64,000 bases of DNA, taken from assembly GCA_022450595.1 (NCBI GenBank), contig JAKUPT010000005.1, forward strand, positions 3,849-67,848, in the 5' to 3' direction. This stretch comes from Bdellovibrionales bacterium (GTDB taxonomy: Bacteria; Bdellovibrionota; Bdellovibrionia; Bdellovibrionales; UBA1609). Shown here one piece after another: positions 18,742 through 27,216 of the stretch; within the stretch, counting starts at the first letter, position 1; each line of letters starts with the position of its first letter. The translations under genes were made by a program, and so were the position numbers. The notes under the pieces are model-generated. The model did no database searches. It was given only the letters and a program-made list of their open reading frames with translations, and was not told the DNA's origin.

Positions 18742-19206
18742 ATGTTTTGCCCCTACTGCCAGCATAAAGAAACCAGAGTGCTTGAAACGCGTTTTAACAA
18801 AGCAGGCGCCCTCAGACGCAGGAGACATTGCACTCACTGTGACACAAGGTTCTCGACTCAAGAAGTGGTCGTTCACTCCATGCCCCATGTGCAAAAAAAA
18901 GATGGACGCAAAGAGCCCTTTAATAAAGAAAAGTTACGCAAAGGCATACAGTCCGCCTGCTTGAAGCGGCCTGTGAGTTTGGCCCAAATTGAGCAAATAG
19001 TTGATAAAATTTCTAATTACGCCGCTCAGAACTCAAAAAAAGAAGTAAAATCTGAAATAATAGGGCATATGCTTATGACAGAGCTAAAAAGACTCGATGA
19101 CGTGGCTTATGTTCGATTTGCAAGTGTTTATAGAACCTTTGCCGATGTGAATGAGTTTGTAAAGTCACTGAGTGAACCCACTGATAAGAGCGAAGGCAGA
19201 AGATGA
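18742..19206 (+). CDS. nrdR: transcriptional repressor NrdR
   Basis: 154 aa. Contains the zinc ribbon 'MFCPYCQHKETRVLETR...CTHCDTRFST' followed by an ATP-cone. Confidence 0.93.
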   Translation: MFCPYCQHKETRVLETRFNKAGALRRRRHCTHCDTRFSTQEVVVHSMPHVQKKDGRKEPFNKEKLRKGIQSACLKRPVSLAQIEQIVDKISNYAAQNSKKEVKSEIIGHMLMTELKRLDDVAYVRFASVYRTFADVNEFVKSLSEPTDKSEGRR

Positions 19207-19625
19207 AAAAGCAATTAAAAAAACATGAAGCGCGCGAGCTGGCCTTACAGGTATTATTTCAAAGAGAATTCTTAAAAGAAGCCGACGTGGCTGAAAGCTT
19301 GGATTATTTCAAAGGCCTGTCTCACCCCGGTGAAACCACTTTTGAATATGCTAAAAATCTGCTTTTAGGAGTATTAGAAAATAAAGAGCGAATTGATGAA
19401 ATCATTGCCTCTCACTCAAACAACTGGAAGTTGCACAGAATGGCTCTGGTAGATCTAAACATTATGCGTATTGCTGTGTATGAGCTTGAGTTCTCCAACA
19501 CGGACACTCCACCAAAAGTCTCCATAGATGAAGCCATTGAGATTGCTAAAAGATATAGCACAACGGAGTCTTCTTCTTTTATTAATGGAGTGTTAGATCA
19601 CATCGCCAAAAAAAAGATCTCTTGA
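19203..19625 (+). CDS. nusB: transcription antitermination factor NusB
   Basis: 140 aa. Contains 'REFLK...W.LHRMALVDLNIMRIAVYEL...IDEAIEIAKRY'. It overlaps nrdR by 4 nt. Confidence 0.9.
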   Translation: MKKQLKKHEARELALQVLFQREFLKEADVAESLDYFKGLSHPGETTFEYAKNLLLGVLENKERIDEIIASHSNNWKLHRMALVDLNIMRIAVYELEFSNTDTPPKVSIDEAIEIAKRYSTTESSSFINGVLDHIAKKKIS

Positions 19626-19656
19626 CCTTATAGCGAATGCATCATTTATTTAAACT

Positions 19657-20112
19657 ATGGGCATTCAAATGTTAACCAAAGCAAGTGCATATATGACAGG
19701 AGCCGATTATTGGATCGTTCCTCCATTAGAACACAGTCATTGGACACAAACTTTAAATTGGTACTTAAATTTTCAAATCTCAAAACAACGTGCACATAAA
19801 AGCGCTGATTACCCTGAGTCACTCAAAAAAATCATTGATGACAATGACCTCCCCTTTCAAAGCTTTGAAGGTCAAAACAACCAACCTTTAATGATTGCCT
19901 CACAAAACCGCTTGCCGACTCAGTTTGTAATTGAAGTGCCCAACATTGATAACACAAAGGATTGGTTTGAAACTATTTATGAAATCTCTAAAAAAACAGG
20001 CTCAAAAAAATTTAGAGTGTTTTTACCACTTCCAGTTACAGAAAGTGAAGTCTTAGACTACTGGTCCACTAAAGATGTCGAGGCCACCTTTGTCACCGGC
20101 GAGGTGATTTAA
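19657..20112 (+). CDS. hypothetical protein
   Basis: 151-aa ORF with no motif recognised. Its stop overlaps the ATG of the downstream kinase gene (TAATG). Confidence 0.6.
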   Translation: MGIQMLTKASAYMTGADYWIVPPLEHSHWTQTLNWYLNFQISKQRAHKSADYPESLKKIIDDNDLPFQSFEGQNNQPLMIASQNRLPTQFVIEVPNIDNTKDWFETIYEISKKTGSKKFRVFLPLPVTESEVLDYWSTKDVEATFVTGEVI

Positions 20113-20966
20113 TGAACACCTCCTCACCTCTTCGAAAAGGCACCATTTATATTATCTCTGATGGCTCAGGAGAAACAGCCTCTGCTTTAACTAGGGCCGC
20201 CCTTATTCATTATCGCGATCACGACATCAATATTGTTCGCAGTAAAAATGTCAGAACAGAAGATCAGTTTGAAGCCTTAATCGATGAGGTGTTTGAAAAG
20301 CGAGGACTCATTGTTCACACTGTGGCAAGTCCACAAATGCGCTTAAAGATCAAAGAGCTTGCTGCGAACAAAGGAGTGCCATGTGTTGATCTTCTAGGGC
20401 CTATTTTAAATGAAATGGACTCTTATTTTGGCACTGAAGACGAAGACCATAAAGCAGGTCTCCTTCGCCAGGTCGATGACAAATACTTTAAGCGCATTGA
20501 AGCCATTGAGTACACAGTCAAACACGACGACGGCAAAACTTTAGCCGACTTAGAGTCTGCAGACATTATTTTAGTCGGCATTTCAAGAACCAGCAAAACA
20601 CCCCTTTCCATCTTTTTAAGCCATAAAGGCTGGAAGGTGGCAAACGTGCCTTTGGTTTACAACTCTCCCCTTCCGGAAGAACTTTTTAAAGTGGACCAAA
20701 GAAAGATCGTGGGTCTTATTATCGACTCTGACAGTTTGATTAGAATTCGACGCAAACGTCTTGAAAAGTTTGGTCAAGATCCCGGCGGCGAATATGCAAG
20801 CCTTGGACACATCCAAAAAGAAATCGACTATGCTATGGATCTCTTCAAAAAGAACAAACGCTGGCCCGTATTCAACGTCACAGACCGCGCCCTTGAAGAG
20901 ACTGCCAGCGAAATCATAAAAATCGTTGCCACCCGAATGAACCTAGACTTCGACGCTTTACTCTAA
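20112..20966 (+). CDS. PEP synthase / pyruvate phosphate dikinase regulatory kinase-pyrophosphorylase (DUF299, PpsR type)
   Basis: 284 aa. Contains the P-loop-like 'ILVGISRTSKTPLSIFLSHKGWKVANVPL'. Confidence 0.88.
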   Translation: MNTSSPLRKGTIYIISDGSGETASALTRAALIHYRDHDINIVRSKNVRTEDQFEALIDEVFEKRGLIVHTVASPQMRLKIKELAANKGVPCVDLLGPILNEMDSYFGTEDEDHKAGLLRQVDDKYFKRIEAIEYTVKHDDGKTLADLESADIILVGISRTSKTPLSIFLSHKGWKVANVPLVYNSPLPEELFKVDQRKIVGLIIDSDSLIRIRRKRLEKFGQDPGGEYASLGHIQKEIDYAMDLFKKNKRWPVFNVTDRALEETASEIIKIVATRMNLDFDALL

Positions 20967-20970
20967 GGCT

Positions 20971-21023
20971 AAGGTAGTCCGTACCTTTTCTCACCATGCA
21001 GCAAAAGGTAGTCCGTACCTTTT
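20971..21023. terminator. tandem duplicated 19-nt hairpin module between convergent genes
   Basis: AAGGTAGTCCGTACCTTTT occurs at 20971-20989 and again at 21005-21023. Each copy folds as AAGGTA-GTCCG-TACCTT; the second extends to 8 bp (AAAAGGTA/TACCTTTT). Each copy lies about 5 nt past a stop codon. Confidence 0.45.
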
Positions 21024-21027
21024 GGTG

Positions 21028-21930
21028 TTAATTCAAGGATTGGTGATAGAGGGCACGGTAGAAGACGTCGGCTTTTTGGCGGATGTCTTCTAATTTGCGT
21101 GAGTACAAGTTAATGTTCACGGAGTACTTTACGTCTTCCACTTGAATGTGAGTAAGGCGGCCTGAGCGAACTTGCTTTTTAATACAGTGAGCTGGCAGAA
21201 AGCCCCAGCCAAGGCCGGATTCAATCACACGCTTTAATGTACCGACGTTGTCAGCCTCAAATGATGGCACAAACTGTAATTGGTTTTCAATCACACGGCT
21301 TTCAAATGTTTTTAAAAAGCCGCTGTACATATCACTATAATAGATCACTGGCTTAGTAGTGAACTCTCTTAATTCAATGGTTTTTGGCAACTGAGTGTCT
21401 CGGCCTGAGCCCACAAGCCACATTTCGTCTTTAAGTAAAAAGCGTTGTTCAAATTCCTCAAGCTCTGTTCCAAGCTCGGCTTTCATATCTGGCAAAATCG
21501 CCATATCAATATCGTTGTCTTTCATTCTTTGAAGAATGCTTTGATCAGAGCCATACACCAATTTTATATTTAATTGTGAGTTATGCTTTAAAAACAAACC
21601 AATAATCGGACTGATTAAAAACAAACCGATGGAGTTAATGGTTCCTATTCTTAAATCTCCAGAGATTTCTTGGCTCATTGTGTGAATGGCCACCTCTGCT
21701 TGTTGGGTCATGTGTAGAATTTTACGGGCATAATCATAGAGCAGTTGCCCCTGCAAAGTTGGCTTTACTTTACGAACCCCTCGCTCTAGCAGATTGACAC
21801 CTAACTCTTCTTCTAAATTTCGAATTTGTTGGCTTACTGCTGGCTGAGTCAAAAATAACTTATCAGCAGCAGCAGTCATACTTCCCTCACTGATCACGGT
21901 ACAAAATGTGGTTAACTGCTGTAGGTTCAA
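21028..21930 (-). CDS. LysR family transcriptional regulator
   Basis: 300 aa. HTH 'LQQLTTFCTVISEGSMTAAADKLFLTQPAVSQQIRNLEEELG'. TTG start preceded by GGGAGG. Confidence 0.9.
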   Translation of the reverse strand: MNLQQLTTFCTVISEGSMTAAADKLFLTQPAVSQQIRNLEEELGVNLLERGVRKVKPTLQGQLLYDYARKILHMTQQAEVAIHTMSQEISGDLRIGTINSIGLFLISPIIGLFLKHNSQLNIKLVYGSDQSILQRMKDNDIDMAILPDMKAELGTELEEFEQRFLLKDEMWLVGSGRDTQLPKTIELREFTTKPVIYYSDMYSGFLKTFESRVIENQLQFVPSFEADNVGTLKRVIESGLGWGFLPAHCIKKQVRSGRLTHIQVEDVKYSVNINLYSRKLEDIRQKADVFYRALYHQSLN

Positions 21931-22497
21931 GACAACCTCCCTAATGTAAAAATTATTGTTACTATATATAAGGGATTTTTATAATTTATCAAGTCTGCAG
22001 TTTAGCCCTTATTAAATTTTCATGTACTGAACATAAATTAAACAGCCTCCCACCAATTCGCAGGGCTTGGACTCAGCAGAAAAACGATTAACCAAGTGTT
22101 TTGACAGTTTTGTGTTGAGTAATATCAGGCTATAGCTTTTCAATTTTTTATAGAATGTTCATAGCCATAAGAATATGTGATTGCTTCAGTGTACAAAAAA
22201 CCTTTTTGAGAGACTCATTTTGGGTCTACCAGTAAAATGTTCACTTAATTTTTATAAGCTTCATATCAACTCATCAATCATTTTTTTCATCTAAATCCCT
22301 TTATTTATAGGTGTTTAAAGCCTTTTTAGAAGCATAAATAAAGTTTCAAAAACCTATAAAATCATCTTATTTTAAGTAACAAATCGCAGTATAAAATATT
22401 TATTTCAATGTCATTTTCTGTAATTTATGCAGTTATTTTGATGATTATAAAAGATTAAACCTCACAACTTATTGTTTTCATTGATTTAATATTCTTA

Positions 22498-22514
22498 CAT
22501 AAGCATTGCTTATG
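22498..22514. promoter_or_regulatory. 17-bp perfect palindrome, candidate operator upstream of the S8 peptidase gene
   Basis: CATAAGCA-T-TGCTTATG, with its 3' end 73 nt upstream (centre about 82 nt) of the TTG start at 22588. Confidence 0.2.
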
Positions 22515-22587
22515 AGATGTAATATTTTTATTTAATTGTAGTTTTTTCCCATAAAGTAGAACTTTTACAGCAACTAGGGGGGATTCT

Positions 22588-24258
22588 TTGAAAGCACTAA
22601 TCACAACATCGGTTTTACTAAGCGCAGTAGCTCTTATCGGTTGTAATCCAAACGCAGTTCTAGAAACCAGAAAAGCACCAGCTCCACAAAAAGAAGCTGA
22701 AACAGGCTTTATTGTAAAAGCTCAATCTGAGCAGCAAGTGATTGACCTACTAAATACAAACCCGAAAGCTCAATATAGACTGATCAATAAAAACCATCAG
22801 CTCTATGAAATCTTCAACTTAAAAGGCAGTGAGCTAAACAATCACCACATTCAAGTAATGACCAAGAACAAAATGATCAAGCTTCAGCCTAACCATATAA
22901 ATATAGACTTGCTTGCAAATGCTACAGCAAAAGATCTTCCAACTTGTGCTAGCAGAACACAACAAGGCAAAATCAAAATTAAAGATGCAGAAGTTTTAGA
23001 AGACAAAACGATCTTACAAAAATCAGTTTCACTTGAGCCAACCAAGATCGACGCAGCCAACAACTACTACTGGATGGTTGCTGCTCCTCAAGGCTCAAAG
23101 TACGACAACGGAAAAAGAACTCCATATGTTCAAAAGTCTGAGACCTTCACGTTTGCTCCTGATAGCTTAGGTGCTCACGCAGTCATGTTGATGGTTCAAA
23201 CACCAGAACAGCATTGTGAAATCCATGTGATCAAAACACTTATCACCAAGAACACTCCTTATAAAAAATTAAACAACACAGGCTACACTGAGACTGGCAA
23301 ACTGGATGTTCATCATTTAGATATGATCAATGCTTACGAAGCACAAGCGTACACACAAGGCGAAGGGGTACTAGTTGCTGTAATAGATTCTGGTGCCAAC
23401 TACCTTCATACAGAGCTAAACAATCAGATCTATGTTAACAGCAAAGAGATTCCTAACAATGGTCTTGATGATGACAATAACGGATATGTAGATGACTACG
23501 CAGGATACGACTTTCAAAATGAAGATCCTCACGCCTACGATGATTCTGGTCATGGCACACATGTAAGCGGCTTGATTGCAGGCACTAATCACGGTGTGGC
23601 TCCAAATGCTAAAATCTTACCACTAAAAGCATTAGGTGACTTCGGCGGCGACTTAGGCTCTATATACAAAGCTCTTCTTTATGCCATTGATCAAGGTGCC
23701 GACGTTGTGAATATGTCTCTTGGTCACGGTGGAGCTCCAAATCCATTTGAAACATATGTAATGTCCGCAGCTGAAGAAGCTGGAGTTCTTGTTGTAACTG
23801 CTGCTGGAAATGGAAACGCCTACGGTGTAGGAATAAATACGGACCTCAAAGGAGTCTATCCTGCAAACCTTCCACACAAAAACATCTTAAATGTGGCAGC
23901 AATGTCTTTTGATAAAGACATCACTAAATACTCAAACTATGGCAAAACCACTGTTGATATCTCAGCACCAGGCGGAAGCCCACAATACCCAATCGAGTCA
24001 TTAGCCCATGAAAACCCATTAAACGCTAGTTATGCTAAAATGATGGGGACTTCCATGGCGGCTCCTGTAACTACGGGTGCTGTAGCACTAGCTCTTTCAG
24101 CCAACCCTGAAATGACTCCTGAAGAGACTATACAGTTAGCTCTTGAATCTGGAGACAATGTTGAATCTTTAAAATCACGCACAGTGAGTGGCAAAAAGGT
24201 GAATGCTTTAAATATGGTGTCTCAGAACAGAATCAATCAGCTGCTTTCTGCTAATTAA
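22588..24258 (+). CDS. S8 family (subtilisin-like) serine peptidase, lipoprotein
   Basis: 556 aa. TTG start after a GGGGGG RBS; lipobox 'VALIGC'. Catalytic motifs 'VAVIDSG', 'HGTHVSG' and 'GTSMAAP'. Confidence 0.92.
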   Translation: MKALITTSVLLSAVALIGCNPNAVLETRKAPAPQKEAETGFIVKAQSEQQVIDLLNTNPKAQYRLINKNHQLYEIFNLKGSELNNHHIQVMTKNKMIKLQPNHINIDLLANATAKDLPTCASRTQQGKIKIKDAEVLEDKTILQKSVSLEPTKIDAANNYYWMVAAPQGSKYDNGKRTPYVQKSETFTFAPDSLGAHAVMLMVQTPEQHCEIHVIKTLITKNTPYKKLNNTGYTETGKLDVHHLDMINAYEAQAYTQGEGVLVAVIDSGANYLHTELNNQIYVNSKEIPNNGLDDDNNGYVDDYAGYDFQNEDPHAYDDSGHGTHVSGLIAGTNHGVAPNAKILPLKALGDFGGDLGSIYKALLYAIDQGADVVNMSLGHGGAPNPFETYVMSAAEEAGVLVVTAAGNGNAYGVGINTDLKGVYPANLPHKNILNVAAMSFDKDITKYSNYGKTTVDISAPGGSPQYPIESLAHENPLNASYAKMMGTSMAAPVTTGAVALALSANPEMTPEETIQLALESGDNVESLKSRTVSGKKVNALNMVSQNRINQLLSAN

Positions 24259-24287
24259 TTAAATAATTAATTTTATAATCCTAAATA

Positions 24288-24316
24288 AGCCTCAGTTTTT
24301 ACTGGGGCTTTTTTAT
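24288..24316 (+). terminator. rho-independent terminator after the S8 peptidase gene
   Basis: AGCCTCAG-ttttta-CTGGGGCT (8-bp stem with one G.U pair) followed by TTTTTT. Confidence 0.7.
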
Positions 24317-24418
24317 TCTAGACTTCCGTCTCAGCTTAGGAAATTAATTTATAATTTATAAAGAGTTGTTTATAATAAAGTGACCATCACTAGATTTTAC
24401 AACTTAAGGACAAACCAT

Positions 24419-25120
24419 ATGCGAGCCAACCTTTTTCTAGCCCTAAGTTTTTTACTTATCACTCCAATGCTTGAAGCCAAGATTTTCACAAGCAACTACA
24501 TTCGCTTTCAACTGCCAGAGCGCTGGGGATGCAACAGGGACAATAGCACACATATTTGTCATCTTATCGGAGGACCAAAAAACAAAGATGCTGTGATCCT
24601 GGTCACGGCAAAACAAACCGGCCCCTCAGACAGCCTCAGTTTTTATAAAGAGTATTTATCGGTGCCCGTAGAGTGGAAAAGAAAAGACAACACCGTGCTA
24701 AAGTCCAGCCCTGTGCGTACAAAACAAGTCTCAATTGATAAGGCCACATGGATTGATAGCTTACACAGAGGCGGCGAAGTAAAAGAGTATTACACACGCT
24801 ACTTTGCCACTCGAAAAAAAGATATTTCAATTCTTGTCACTTTCTCAGCTCACCGAGATGTCTACCCTTCCTACTCAGCCATTATCAATGATTTGGTTCG
24901 AAGCATTAAAGTCGTAAACGCAAAAAGCATTGAACAAATTAAAAACACCGGCACCACCGGCACTGGCCCCATTGGGAGCACTGGAATTGGCATTCAACCC
25001 GTGGGCAACTATCTTCCCGCAGCTAACAAGTCCAACAATATGACCAATATCATTTTTGGACTTTTACTTTTACTTATCGGCGGTGGAATTTACTGGTACA
25101 TTAAGAAAAAGAAAAAATAA
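24419..25120 (+). CDS. secreted, C-terminally membrane-anchored protein (paralog 1), function unknown
   Basis: Start chosen at 'MRANLFLALSFLLITPMLEA' (signal peptide). C-terminal TM 'IIFGLLLLLIGGGIYWYIKKKKK'. Homologous to the next gene. Confidence 0.75.
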   Translation: MRANLFLALSFLLITPMLEAKIFTSNYIRFQLPERWGCNRDNSTHICHLIGGPKNKDAVILVTAKQTGPSDSLSFYKEYLSVPVEWKRKDNTVLKSSPVRTKQVSIDKATWIDSLHRGGEVKEYYTRYFATRKKDISILVTFSAHRDVYPSYSAIINDLVRSIKVVNAKSIEQIKNTGTTGTGPIGSTGIGIQPVGNYLPAANKSNNMTNIIFGLLLLLIGGGIYWYIKKKKK

Positions 25121-25132
25121 GGAACAGCAATT

Positions 25133-25807
25133 ATGGCTATTATACTCTCACTGTTACTGTCTGCAACTTTAAACGCCAAGACTTTTGAAACCAGTTATCT
25201 GAAATTAAATGTCCCAAATAACTGGCAATGCCAAAAAATTGAAACCATTTGGACCTGTATTGATCCAGAGCAAAAGGTAAAAGAGGCATTTTTAGTCCTT
25301 ACAGCGAAAAATGTGGGCCCTGAAGATACACTTAATAATTTTCAAAAAACACTTTCTAAAACCAGGGTCATTCAAACTTCAGATGGCAAAACCCTTTCCT
25401 CTAAGGTCAATTTTACAAAAAAAGTAAATTACAAAGGACATGATTGGATTCAAGCTTTACACCAAAATAGTGAAATCTTAGATTACAACACATATTATAT
25501 GAGCACCGTTTATGATACTCTTGCGATCACCATTTCTTTAAGTTTGTACAATCAGACTCAAAAAAAATACTCTGACATTGTCCCGAAAATATTCAATTCT
25601 ATACAACTTAAAAAACTAACCAATACCGCTCAAAACAACCAAGAAGACAACTCTATCGCAATTTCACCAACAGGCAATAAAACTGCCCCAACCTCAGACT
25701 TTAGCTTTAAACAGCTCACCTCAGGCGATCAAGGCTCCTATATTTATATTATTATTGCTTTAATCGTGTTGGGACTTATTGCTTTTATCTTTATTAGAAG
25801 AAAATAG
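25133..25807 (+). CDS. secreted, C-terminally membrane-anchored protein (paralog 2), function unknown
   Basis: 224 aa. It shares with paralog 1 the pattern AK-F-(T/E)S-Y...P..W.C......C....K.A.LVLTAK..GP.D.L and a C-terminal TM followed by a basic tail. Confidence 0.8.
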   Translation: MAIILSLLLSATLNAKTFETSYLKLNVPNNWQCQKIETIWTCIDPEQKVKEAFLVLTAKNVGPEDTLNNFQKTLSKTRVIQTSDGKTLSSKVNFTKKVNYKGHDWIQALHQNSEILDYNTYYMSTVYDTLAITISLSLYNQTQKKYSDIVPKIFNSIQLKKLTNTAQNNQEDNSIAISPTGNKTAPTSDFSFKQLTSGDQGSYIYIIIALIVLGLIAFIFIRRK

Positions 25808-25809
25808 TA

Positions 25810-25839
25810 AAAAAGCAGGTGGCTACACCTGCTTTTTTA
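25810..25839. terminator. bidirectional rho-independent terminator
   Basis: AAAAA-GCAGGTG-gcta-CACCTGC-TTTTTT, located between convergent genes. Confidence 0.75.
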
Positions 25840-25840
25840 T

Positions 25841-27199
25841 TTATTGAGACTTTTTTGAAAATACTTTTGAATCTTTAAACTGAGTTTCTACAGACTCGGG
25901 CGCATAAACCAAAGTTTGCATATGATCTGGATGGATATAAGTCTTTATGGCCTGATTAATATCAGACTTTGAGAAAGACTCTAAGTTTTTAACATAGTCT
26001 CTCAAATACTGATCACTCACACCGTAATACTGTAAATTAAGAACATTAAAAGCAAGCCCCTCAGAGGTCTCTATAAGGCTTGGAAAAGTTCCCTTTAAAT
26101 ACCCAACAGCCATTTCCAACTCTTCACTAGTAATTCCATTTTCCACAAAATCACTAACAAGTTTTTGAGTTTCAAATACTAGCTCCCCTGCTTTTTCATT
26201 TCTTGTAGAACTAGAAATTATAAACGGACCATTAAAGTATCCTGGATTAAAACTAGACGAAATAGAATAAGTTAAACCCCGCTTTTCTCTAATTTCATCC
26301 ACAAGGCGGCTTGAAAAGGCTCCCCCTAAAATGGTTGTGGCAACTTTAAGTTTTAAGTAGTCAGGATTGCTTCTTTTAATAGCTACATGGCCAAGGCGGA
26401 CCTGAGCTTGCTTTAAATCATTTTTATAAACTAATAAAATCTTTGCATCAGACTTTTTAGCTGTTGGCATTTTTAACGACGGCTTTTCACCCTTTTTTAT
26501 AGGAGATAAAAAATTTGCAAGTTTTGTTTCAAACCCATCTCCTAAACGACCAGTAAAGGCGAAGCTTATATTTTTAGAGACAAAGTGTTTATTATAGTGA
26601 TTTTTAATATCTTGTTTTGATATTTTTTGAATGCTGGCTTTCACACCAATGGACGGCTGAGAGTATGGGTGATTTTTTTCATAAATCATTTTGTCAAAGG
26701 CATCACTTGCTACCACTGGAGGTTGATCATTTCTTTGCACAATCCTTGCTAATATTTGACTCCTTAAACGCTTGATCTCTGCATCTGAAAATTTAGGAGC
26801 CGTTAAAACCTCTTGTAAGATTTCGAGTAGTTGATCTTGATGAATAGAAAGTCCATGAATAGAAACAATGGCATAATCATTGTTGGCACTCAGTTGAAGT
26901 CTAGCACCTAATTGATCTACTTTTTCAGCAAGCTTTGGAGCTGAATAGTTTTTTGTACCTTTATCTAACATGCTGACTACAAAGTTTGACAAACCTTCTT
27001 TGCCTTTAGGGTCATGAATATGCCCCATGCCGATAAGTGCATAAGCACTAAATGAAGGCAGGCTGTTGTCTACAATTGTTAGAACTTTTGACCCATTGGC
27101 TTGAACTTGATTTTTAAAATCTGGCAATTTAAATGATTTTTTATTTAATGAGCTACAGCCCAAAAACAAAAATGTGAGAACAATAAGAAACGCTTTCAT
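25841..27199 (-). CDS. M16 family peptidase, non-catalytic (beta-like) subunit, lipoprotein
   Basis: 452 aa with lipobox 'FLFLGC'. It has M16 fold-like length and layout but no HxxEH motif (the equivalent region reads 'GLSNFVVSMLDKGT'). Confidence 0.8.
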   Translation of the reverse strand: MKAFLIVLTFLFLGCSSLNKKSFKLPDFKNQVQANGSKVLTIVDNSLPSFSAYALIGMGHIHDPKGKEGLSNFVVSMLDKGTKNYSAPKLAEKVDQLGARLQLSANNDYAIVSIHGLSIHQDQLLEILQEVLTAPKFSDAEIKRLRSQILARIVQRNDQPPVVASDAFDKMIYEKNHPYSQPSIGVKASIQKISKQDIKNHYNKHFVSKNISFAFTGRLGDGFETKLANFLSPIKKGEKPSLKMPTAKKSDAKILLVYKNDLKQAQVRLGHVAIKRSNPDYLKLKVATTILGGAFSSRLVDEIREKRGLTYSISSSFNPGYFNGPFIISSSTRNEKAGELVFETQKLVSDFVENGITSEELEMAVGYLKGTFPSLIETSEGLAFNVLNLQYYGVSDQYLRDYVKNLESFSKSDINQAIKTYIHPDHMQTLVYAPESVETQFKDSKVFSKKSQ

Positions 27200-27216
27200 A
27201 ATTTAAGCCCCTTTAA

